DNA from: Eledone cirrhosa
Lineage: Eukaryota
DNA length: 64,000 nt
Direction: 5' to 3'
Assembly: GCA_964016885.1 (NCBI GenBank)
Contig: OZ024742.1
Coordinates: 361,398,001 to 361,462,000, forward strand
The notes beneath the pieces were generated by a model. It saw only the letters and a list, made by a program, of their open reading frames with translations, did no database searches and was not told the origin of the DNA. The first letter of the stretch is position 1. Every line of letters begins with the position of its first letter. Of this stretch, positions 52,401-64,000 are shown piece after piece. Both the position numbers and the translations under genes were made by a program.

Positions 52401-55400
52401 TACACCCAATACACACTGTAAAGTGGTCATGTAGGTGTTACAACAAAAGGCACCCAATACACACTGTAAAGTGGTCATGTAAGTGTCACAACAAAAGGCA
52501 CCCAATACACACTGTAAAGTGGTCATATAGGTGTTACAACAAAAGGCACCCAATACACACTGTAAAGTGGTCGTGTAAGTGTTATAACGAAATGCACCCA
52601 ATACACACTGTAAATTGGTCATGTAAGTGTCACAACAAAAGGCACCCAGTACACACTGTAAAGTGATTATGTAGGTATCACACCAAAAAGCATCCCTTAC
52701 ACACTTTAAATTGATTATGTAAGTATCAAAAGGCACCCAATACACACTGTAAAGTGGTCGTGTAAGTGTCACAACAAAAGGCAGCCAATACACACTGTAA
52801 AATGGTCATGTAAGTCTAACTAGAAAAGGCACCCAATACAAGCTGTAAAGTGGTCGTGTCATTGACACAACAAAAGCAACCACTACACACTGTAAAGTGA
52901 ATGTGTAGGTGTTACAACAAAAGGCACCCAATACACACTGTAAAGTGGTCGGGTAGGTGTTACAACAAAAGGCACCCAATACATGCTGTTAAGTGGTCGT
53001 GTAAGTGTTACAACAAAAGGCCCCCAATACACACTGTAAGGTGGTCATGTAGGTGTTACAACAAAAGGCACCCAATACACACTGTGAAGAGGTCGTGTAA
53101 GTGTTACAACAAAAGGCACCCAATACACACTGTAAAGTTGTTGTGTAGGTATCACAGCAAAAAGCACCCAATACACACAGTAAAGTGCTCATGTAGATGT
53201 TACAACAAAAGGCACCCAATACACACTGTGACGAGGTCGTGTAAGTGTTACAACAAAAGGCACCCAATACACACTGTAAAGTGGTTGTGTAGGTATCACA
53301 GCAACAAGCATACAGTACACACTGTAATGTGGTTGTGTAGGTATCACAGCAAAAAGCACCCAGTACACACTGTAATGTGGTTGTGTAGGTATCACAGCAA
53401 AAAGCACGCAGCACTCTCTGTAAAGTGACTGTGTAGGTATCACAGCAAAAAGGACCCAGTACTCACTTTAAAGTGGTTGTGTAAGTATCACAACAAAAAG
53501 CACCCCTTACACACTGTAACGTGATTATGTAGCTATCACATCAAAAAGTACCCAGTACACACTGTAAAGTGATTATGTAGGTATCACACCAAAAAGCATC
53601 CAGTACACACTGTAAAGTGGTTGTTGAAGTGTCACAACAAAAGGTACCCAATACACACTGTAAAGTGGTCGTGTCAATGACACCACAAAAGACACGCATT
53701 ACACACTGTAAAGTGTTTATGCCGGTGTTACAACACAAGGCACCCAATACACATTGTCAAGTGGTCGTGTAGGTGTTACAACACAAGGCACCCAATACAC
53801 GCTGTAAAGTGGTCATGTAGGTGTTACAACACAAGGCACCCAATACACAATGTTAAATGGTCGTGTAGGTCTTACAACAAAAGGCACCCAATACACGCTG
53901 TAAAGTGGTCACGTAACTGTTACAACAAAAGGCACCCAATACACACTGTAAAGTGGTCGTGTAGGTGTTACAACAAAAGGCACTCAATACACAATGTAAA
54001 GTGGTCATGTAGGTGTTACAACAAAGGGCACCCAATACACACTGTAACCTTGTCATGTAAGTGTTACAACAAAAGGCACCCAATACTCACTGTAAAGTGG
54101 TCATGTAGGTGTTACCACAAAATGCACCCAATACACACTGTAAAGTGTTCATGTAAATGTTACAACAAAAGGCACCCAGTACACACTGTAAAGTGGTTGT
54201 GTAGGTATCACAGCAAAAAGCACACAGTACACACTGTAACGTGATTATGTAGGTATCTCAGCAAAAAGCACCCAGTACACACTGTAAAGTGATTATGTAG
54301 GTACCCCAGCAAAAAGGACCTAGTACACACTGTCTAATGATTATGTAGGTATCACAGCAAAAAGCAGCCAGTACACACTGTAAAGTGATTATGTAGGTAT
54401 CACACCAAAATGCACCCAATACAATCTGTAATATGGTCGTGTCAGTGACACCACAAAAGACACCCAATACACACTGTAAAGTGGTCATGTAGGTGTTACA
54501 ACACAAGGTACCCAATACACACTGTTAAGTGGTCATGTAACTGTTACAACAAAAGTCACCCAAAACACACTGTAAAGTGGTCCTGTAGGTGTTACAACAA
54601 AAGGCACCCAATACACACTGTAAAGTGGTCATGTAAGTGTTACAACAAAAGGCACCCAATACACACTGTAAAGTGGTCATGTAAGTGTTACAACAAAAGG
54701 CACCAAATACTCACTATAAAGTGGTCGTGTAAGTGTTACAACAAAAGGCACCCAATACATACTGTAAAGTGGTCATGTAAGTGTTACAACAAAAGGCACC
54801 CAATACAAACTGTAAAGTGGTCATGTAAGTGTTACAACAAAAGGCACCCAATACAAACTGTAAAGTGGTCATGTAACTGTTCCAACAAAAGGCACCCAAT
54901 ACAAACTGTAAAGTGGTCATGTAAGTGTTACAACAAAAGGCACCCAATACAAACTGTAAAGTGGTCATGTAAGTGTTACAACAAAAGGCACCCAATACGC
55001 ACCGAAGTGGTCATGTAACTGTTACAACAAAAGGCACCCAATACACACTGTAAAGTGGTCATGTAGGTGTTACAACAAAAGGCACCCAATACAAACTGTA
55101 AAGTGGTCACGTAACTGTTACGACAAAAGGCACCCAATACAAACTGTAAAGTGGTCATGTAAGTGTTACAACAAAAGGCACCCAATACACACTGTAAAGT
55201 GGTCATGTAACTGTTACGACAAAAGGCACCCAATACAAACTGTAAAGTGGTCATGTAAGTGTTACAACAAAAGGCACCCAATACACACTGTAAAGTGGTC
55301 ATGTAGGTGTAACAACAAAAGGCACCCAATACTCACTGTAAAGTGATCATGTAAGTGTTACAACAAAAGGCACCCAATACAAACTGTAAAGTGGTCATGT

Positions 55401-58400
55401 AACTGTTACAACAAAAGGCACCCAATACACACTGTAAAGTGGTCATGTAAATGTTACGACAAAAGGCACCCAATACAAACTGTAAAGTGGTCATGTAAGT
55501 GTTACAACAAAAGGCACCCAATACACACTGTAAAGTGGTCATGTAGGTGTTACAACAAAAGGCACCCAATACTCACTGTAAAGTGATCATGTAAGTGTTA
55601 CAACAAAAGGCACCCAATACAAACTGTAAAGTGGTCATGTAACTGTTACAACAAAAGGCACCCAATACACACTGTAAAGTGGTCATGTAAGTGTTACAAC
55701 AAAAGGCACCCAATACTCACTGTAAAGTGGTCATGTAGGTGTTACAACAAAAGGCACCCAATACACACTGTAAAGTGGTCATGTAGGTGTTACAACAAAA
55801 GGCACCCAATACTCACTGTAAAGTGCTCATGTAGGTGTTACAACAAAAGGCACCTAATACACACTGTAAAGTAGTCATGTAGGTGTTACAACAAAAGGCA
55901 CCCAATACACACTGTAAAGTGGTTATGTAGGTGTTACAACAAAAGGCACCCAATACGCACTGAAGTGGTCATGTAACTGTTACAACAAAAGGCACCCAAT
56001 ACACACTGTAAAGTGGTCATGTAGGTGTTACAACAAAAGGCACCCAATACAAACTGTAAAGTGGTCATGTAAGGGTTACAACAAAAGGCACCCAATACAC
56101 ACTGTAAAGTGGTCATGTAAGTGTTACAACAAAAGGCACCCAATACGCACTGAAGTGGTCATGTAACTGTTACAACAAAAGGCACCCAATACTCACTGTA
56201 AAGTGGTCATGTAACTGTTACAACAAAAGGCACCCAATACGCACTGAAGTGGTCATGTAAGTGTTACAACAAAAGCCACCCAATACACACTGTAAAGTGG
56301 TCATGTAAGTGTTACAACAAAAGACACCCAATACACACTGTAAAGTAGTCATGTAAGTGTTACAACAAAAGGCACCCAATACACACTGTAAAGTGGTCAT
56401 ATAAGTGTTACAACAAAAGGCACAGAATACACACTGTAAAGTGGTCATGTAGGCGTTACAACAAAAGGCACCCAATACACATTGTAAAGTGGTCATGTAA
56501 GTGTTACAACAAAAGGCACCCAATACACACTGTAAAGTGGTCGTGTAAGTGTTACAACAAAAGGCACCCAATACACACTGTAAAGTGGTCATATAACTGT
56601 TACAACAAAAGGCACCTAATACAAACTGTAAAGAGGTCATGTAACTGTTACAACAAAAGGCTCCCAATACACACTGTAAAGTGGTCATGTATGTGTTACA
56701 ACAAAAGGCACCCAATACAAACTGTAAAGTGGACATGTAGGTGTTACAACAAAAGGCACCCAATACAATCTGTAAAAGGGTCGTGTCAGTGACACCACAA
56801 AAGACACCCATTACACACTGTAAACTGGTCATGTAGGTGTTACAACACAAGGTACCCAATACACACTGTTAAGTGGTCATATAGGTGTTACAACAAAAGG
56901 CACCCAATACGCACTGAAGTGGTCATGTAGGTGTTAAAACAAAAGGCACCCAATACAAACTGTAAAGTGGTCATGTAAGTGTTACAACAAAAGGCACCCA
57001 ATACTCACTGTAAAGTGATCATGTATGTGTTACAACAAAAGGCACCCTATAGACACTGTAAAGTGGTCATGTAGGTGTTACAACAAAAGGCACCCAATAC
57101 ACACTGTAAAGTGGTCATGTAACTGTTACAACAAAAGGCACCCAATACACACTGTAAAGTGGTCATGTAACTGTTACAACAAAAGGCACCCAATACACAC
57201 TGTAAAATGGTCATGTAGGTGTCACAACAAAAGGCACCCAATACACACTGTAAAGTGGTCATGTAGATGTTACAACAAAAGACACCCAATACACACTGTA
57301 AAGTGGTCATGTAGGTTTTATTACAAAAGGCACCCAATACACACTGTAAAGTGGTCATGTAAGTGTTACAACAAAAGTCACCCAATACACACTGTAAAGT
57401 GGTCATGTAGGTGTTACAAAAAAAGGCACCCAATACGCACTGAAGTGGTCATGTAACTGTTACAACAAAAGGCACTCAATACACACTGTAAAGTGGTCAT
57501 GTAACTGTTACAACAAAAGTCATCCAATACACACTGTAAAGTGGTCATGTAGGTGTTACAACAAAAGGCACCCAATACACACTGTAAAGTGGTCATGTAA
57601 GTGTTACAACAAAAGGCACCCAATACACACTGTAAAGTGGTCTTGTAGGTATTACAACAAAAGGCACCCAATACACACTGTAAAGTGGTCATGTAAGTGT
57701 TACAACAAAAGGCACCCAATACGCACTGTAAAGTGGTCATGTAGGTGTTACAACAAAAGGCACCCAATACGCACTGAAGTGGTCATGTAACTGTTACAAC
57801 AAAATGCACCCAATACACACTGTAAAGTGGTCATGTAGGTGTTACAACAAAAGGCACCCAATACAAACTGTAAAGTGGTCATGTAAGTGTTACAACAAAA
57901 CGCACCCAATACACACTGTAAAGTGGTCATGTAAGTGTTACAACAAAAGGCACCCAATACACACTGTAAAGTGGTCATGTAGGTGTTACAACAAAAGGCA
58001 CCCAATACACACTGTAAAGTGGTCATGTAAGTGTTACAACAAAAGGCACCCAATACACACTGTAAAGTGATCATGTAACTGTTACAACAAAAGGCACCCA
58101 ATACAAACTGTAAAGTGGTCATGTAGGTGTTACAACAAAAGGCACCCAATACACATTGTAAAGTCGTCATGTAGGTGTTACAACAAAAGGCACCCAATAC
58201 GCACTGAAGTGGTCATGTAACTGTTACAACAAAAGGCACCCAATACACACTGTAAAGTGGTCATGTAGGTGTTACAACAAAAGGCACCCAATACAAACTG
58301 TAAAGTGGTCATGTAAGTGTTACAACAAAACGCACCCAATACACACTGTGAAGTGGTCATGTAAGTGTTACAACAAAAGGCACCCAATACACACTGTAAA

Positions 58401-61400
58401 GTGGTCATGTAGGTGCTACAACAAAAGGCACCCAATACACACTGTAAAGTGGTCATGTAGGTGTTACAACAAAAGGCACCTAATACACACTGTAATGTGG
58501 TCATGTAGGTGTTACAACAAAAGGCACCCAATACACACTGTAAAGTGGTCATGTAACTGTTACAACAAAAGGCACCCAATACGCACTGAAGTGGTCATGT
58601 AGGTGTCACAACAAAAGGCACCCAATACACACTGTAAAATGGTCATGTAAGTGTTACAACAAAAGGCACCCAATACACACTGTAAAGTGGTCATGTAAGT
58701 GTTACAACAAAAGGCACCCAATACACACTGTAAAGTGGTCATGTAAGTGTTACAACAAAAGGCACCCAATACACACTGTAAAGTGGTCATGTAAGTGTTA
58801 CAACAAAAGGCACCCAATACACACTGTAAAGTGGTCATGTAAGTGTTACAACAAAAGGCACCCAATACACACTGTAAAGTGGTCATGTAAGTGTTACAAC
58901 AAAAGGCACCCAATACACACTGTAAAGTGGTCATGTAAGTGTTACAACAAAAGGCACCCAATACACACTGTAAAGTGGTCATGTAAGTGTTACAACAAAA
59001 GGCACCCAATACACACTGTAAAGTGGTCATGTAGGTGTTACAACAAAAGGCACCCAATACTCACTGTAAAGTGGTCTGTAGGTGCTACAACAAAAGGCAC
59101 CCAATACACACTGTAAAGTGGTCATGTAAGTGTTACAACATAAGGCACCCAATACGCACTGAAGTGGTCATGTAACTGTTACAACAAAAGGCACCCAATA
59201 CACACTGTAAAGTGGTCATGTAGGTGTTACAACACAAATCACCCTATACACACTGTAAAGTGGTCATGTAGGTGGTACAACAAAAGGCACCCAATACACA
59301 CTGTAAAGTGGTCATGTAAGTGTTACAACAAAAGACACCCAATACACACTGTAAAGTGGTCATGTAAGTGTTACAACAAAAGGTACCCAATACACACTGT
59401 AAAGTGGTCATGTAAGTGTTACAACAAAAGGCACCCAATACACACTGTAAAGTGGTCATGTAGGTGTTACAACAAAAGGCACCCAATACACATTATAAAG
59501 TGGTCATGTAAGTGTTACAACAAAAGGCACCCAATACACACTGTAAAGTGGTCGTGTAAGTGTTACAACAAAAGGCACCCAATACACACTGTAAAGTGAT
59601 CATATAACTGTTACAACAAAAGCACCCAATACAAACTGTAAAGAGGTCATGTAACTGTTACAACAAAAGGCTCCCAATACACACTGTAAAGTGGTCATGT
59701 ATGTGTTACAACAAAAGGCACCCAATACAAAATGTAAAGTGGTCATGTAGGTTTTACAACAAAAGGCACCCAATACAATCTGTAAAATGGTCGTGTCAGT
59801 GACACCACAAAAGACAACCATTACACATTGTAAAGTGGTCATGTAGGTGTTACAACACAAGGCACCCAATACACACTGTTAAGTGGTCATGTAGGTGTTA
59901 CAACAAAAGGCACCCAATACGCACTGAAGTGGTCATGTAGGTGTTACAACAAAAAACACCCAATACAAACTGTAAAGTGGTCATGTAAGTGTTACAACAA
60001 AAGGCACCCAATACTCACTGTAAAGTGATCATGTAGGTGTTACAACAAAAGGCACCCTATACACACTGTAAAGTGGTCATGTAGGTGTTACAACAAAAGG
60101 CACCCAATACACACTGTAAAGTGGTCATGTAACTGTTACAACAAAAGGCACCCAATACACATTGTAAAGGGGTCATGTAAGTGTTACAACAAAAGGCTCC
60201 CAATACACACTGTAAAGTGGTCGTGTAAGTGTTACAACAAAAGGCACCCAATACACACTGTAAAGTGGTCATATAACTGTTACAACAAAAGGCACCTAAT
60301 ACAAACTGTAAAGAGGTCATGTAACTGTTACAACAAAAGGCTCCCAATACACACTGTAAAGTGGTCATGTATGTGTTACAACAAAAGCCACCCAATACAA
60401 ACTGTAAAGTGGACATGTAGGTGTTACAACAAAAGTCACCCAATACAATCTGTAAAATGGTCGTGTCAGTGACACCACAAAAGACACCCTTTACACACTG
60501 TAAAGTGGTCATGTAGGTGTTAGAACAAAAGGCACCCAATACACACTGTAAAGTGGTCATGTAGGTGTTACAACAAAAGGCACCCAATACACCCTGTAAA
60601 GTGGTCATGTAAGTGTTACAACAAAAGGCACCCAATACTCACTCTAAAGTGGTCATGTAGGTGCTACAACAAAAGGCACCCAATACACACTGTAAAGTGG
60701 TCATGTAAGTGTTACAACAAAAGGCACCCAATACACACTGTAAAGTGGTCATGTAACTGTTACAACAAAAGGCACCCAATATAAACTGTAAAGTGGTCAT
60801 GTAGGTGTTACAACAAAAGGCACCCAATACACACTGTAAAGTGGTCATGTAAGTGTTACAACAAAAGGCACCCAATACACACTGTAAAGTGGTCATGTAA
60901 GTGTTACAACAAAAGGCACCCAATACACACTGTAAAGTGGTCATGTAGGTGTTACAACAAAAGGCACCCAATACTCACTGTAAAGTGGTCTGTAGGTGCT
61001 ACAACAAAAGGCACCCAATACACACTGTAAAGTGGTCATGTAAGTGTTACAACATAAGGCACCCAATACGCACTGAAGTGGTCATGTAACTGTTACAACA
61101 AAAGGCACCCAATACACACTGTAAAGTGGTCATGTAAGTGTTACAACAAAAGGCACCCAATACACACTGTAAAGTGGTCATGTAAGTGTTACAACAAAAG
61201 GCACCCAATACACACTGTAAAGTGGTCATGTAAGTGTTACAACAAAAGGCACCCAATACACACTGTAAAGTGGTCATGTAGGTGTTACAACAAAAGGCAC
61301 CCAATACTCACTGTAAAGTGGTCTGTAGGTGCTACAACAAAAGGCACCCAATACACACTGTAAAGTGGTCATGTAAGTGTTACAACATAAGGCACCCAAT

Positions 61401-64000
61401 ACGCACTGAAGTGGTCATGTAACTGTTACAACAAAAGGCACCCAATACACACTGTAAAGTGGTCATGTAGGTGTTACAACACAAATCACCCTATACACAC
61501 TGTAAAGTGGTCATGTAGGTGGTACAACAAAAGGCACCCAATACACACTGTAAAGTGGTCATGTAAGTGTTACAACAAAAGACACCCAATACACACTGTA
61601 AAGTGGTCATGTAAGTGTTACAACAAAAGGCACCCAATACACACTGTAAAGTGGTCATGTAAGTGTTACAACAAAAGGCACCCAATACACACTGTAAAGT
61701 GGTCATGTAGGTGTTACAACAAAAGGCACCCAATACACATTGTAAAGTGGTCATGTAAGTGTTACAACAAAAGGCACCCAATACACACTGTAAAGTGGTC
61801 GTGTAAGTGTTACAACAAAAGGCACCCAATACACACTGTAAAGTGGTCATATAACTGTTACAACAAAAGGCACCCAATACAAACTGTAAAGAGGTCATGT
61901 AACTGTTACAACAAAAGGCTCCCAATACACACTGTAAAGTGGTCATGTATGTGTTACAACAAAAGGCACCCAATACAAAATGTAAAGTGGTCATGTAGGT
62001 TTTACAACAAAAGGCACCCAATACAATCTGTAAAATGGTCGTGTCAGTGACACCACAAAAGACAACCATTACACATTGTAAAGTGGTCATGTAGGTGTTA
62101 CAACACAAGGCACCCAATACACACTGTTAAGTGGTCATGTAGGTGTTACAACAAAAGGCACCCAATACGCACTGTTAAGTGGTCATGTAAGTGTTACAAC
62201 AAAAGGCACCCAATACTCACTGTAAAGTGATCATGTAGGTGTTACAACAAAAGGCACCCTATACACACTGTAAAGTGGTCATGTAGGTGTTACAACAAAA
62301 GGCACCCAATACACACTGTAAAGTGGTCATGTAACTGTTACAACAAAAGGCACCCAATACACATTGTAAAGTGGTCATGTAAGTGTTACAACAAAAGGCT
62401 CCCAATACACACTGTAAAGTGGTCGTGTAAGTGTTACAACAAAAGGCACCCAATACACACTGTAAAGTGGTCATATAACTGTTACAACAAAAGGCACCTA
62501 ATACAAACTGTAAAGAGGTCATGTAACTGTTACAACAAAAGGCTCCCAATACACACTGTAAAGTGGTCATGTATGTGTTACAACAAAAGCCACCCAATAC
62601 AAACTGTAAAGTGGACATGTAGGTGTTACAACAAATGTCACCCAATACAATCTGTAAAATGGTCGTGTCAGTGACACCACAAAAGACACCCTTTACACAC
62701 TGTAAAGTGGTCATGTAGGTGTTAGAACAAAAGGCACCCAATACACACTGTAAAGTGGTCATGTAGGTGTTACAACAAAAGGCACCCAATACACACTGTA
62801 AAGTGGTCATGTAAGTGTTACAACAAAAGGCACCCAATACTCACTCTAAAGTGGTCATGTAGGTGCTACAACAAAAGGCACCCAATACACACTGTAAAGT
62901 GGTCATGTAAGTGTTACAACAAAAGGCACCCAATACACACTGTAAAGTGGTCATGTAACTGTTACAACAAAAGGCACCCAATATAAACTGTAAAGTGGTC
63001 ATGTAGGTGTTACAACAAAAGGCACCCAATACAAACTGTAAAATGGTCATGTAAGTGTTACAACAAAAGGCACCCAATACACACTGTAAAGTGGTCATGT
63101 AAGTGTTACAACAAAAGGCACCCAATACACACTGTAAAGTGGTCATATAGGTGCTACAACAAAAGGCACCCAATACACACAGTAAAGTGGTCATGTAACT
63201 GTTACAATAAAAGGCACCCAATACACACTGTAAAGTGGTCATGTAGGTGTTACAACAAAAGGCACCCAATACTCACTGTAAAGTGGTATGTAGGTGCTAC
63301 AACAAAAGGCACCCAATACACACTGTAAAGTGGTCATGTAAGTGTTACAACATAAGGCACCCAATACACACTGTAAAGTGGTCATGTAGGTGCTACAACA
63401 AAAGGCACCCAATACACACTGTAAAGTGGTCATGTAACTGTTACAACAAAAGGCACCCAATACACACTGTAAAGTGGTCATGTAGGTGTTACAACAAAAG
63501 GCACCCAATACACACTGTAAAGTGGTCATGTAATTGTTACAACAAAAGGCACCCAATACACACTGTAAAGTGGTCATGTAAGTGTTACAACAAAAGGCAC
63601 CCAATACACACTGTAAAGTGCTCATGTAAGTGTTACAACAAAAGGCACCCAATACACGCTGTAAAGTGGTCATGTAGGTGTTACAACAAAAGGCACCCAA
63701 TACTCACTGTAAAGTGGTCATGTAGGTGCTACAACAAAAGGCACCCAATACACACTGTAAAGTGGTCATGTAACTGTTACAACAAAAGGCACCCAATACA
63801 CACTGTAAAGTGGTCATGTAGGTGTTACAACAAAAGGCACCCAATACACACTGTAAAGTGGTCATGTAACTGTTACAACAAAAGGCACCCAATACACACT
63901 GTAAAGTGGTCATGTAAGTGTTACAACAAAAGGCACCCAATACACACTGTAAAGTGGTCATGTAGGTGTTACAACAAAAGGCACCCAATACACACTGTAA
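49430..64000. repeat. 48-bp tandem satellite array (~300 monomers), runs off the right window edge
   Basis: Consensus gtaaagtggtcatgta(g/a)gtgttacaacaaaaggcacccaatacacact. A variant domain at ~50040-51390 has alternating monomers, and there is a ~2.2-kb duplication in the distal part. Confidence 0.99.

Noticed and set aside
49430-64000. CRISPR-like array (constant part plus variable segment)
   Set aside because: The variable parts are point variants of one sequence, not unique spacers. There are no cas genes and the context is eukaryotic.
1-64000. Hammerhead ribozymes within the satellite monomers (as in newt or schistosome satellites)
   Set aside because: Neither the 53-bp nor the 48-bp consensus has CUGANGA plus GAAA cores on either strand.

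Overview
Eukaryotic, gene-poor, repeat-dominated window. The SINE/LINE tail motifs (gttaggaagggcatccagc...ggacgttaaacgatgatgat) and the (TA)n-rich background look like Octopus/coleoid DNA (inferred from recall, not searched). There are three blocks. (1) 1-~34420 is a 53-bp satellite (~650 monomers) with nested higher-order repeats. (2) ~34420-49430 is an AT-rich island of tRNA-derived SINEs, piggyBac- and hAT-like MITEs, a 5'-truncated RTE LINE with a PHD-like finger inside its RT region, possible decayed exons, and a 2.47-kb near-perfect palindrome. The palindrome consists of two inverted 3' ends of a Penelope-like retroelement (GIY-YIG C-terminus plus degenerate type I hammerhead motifs). 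(3) ~49430-64000 is a 48-bp satellite (~300 monomers) whose monomer also occurs singly inside the neighbouring SINE and RTE tails, i.e. a retroposon-born satellite sitting next to its source family. Nearly all ORFs in the supplied track are satellite or microsatellite artefacts. All analysis was by eye; boundaries of old elements are approximate.
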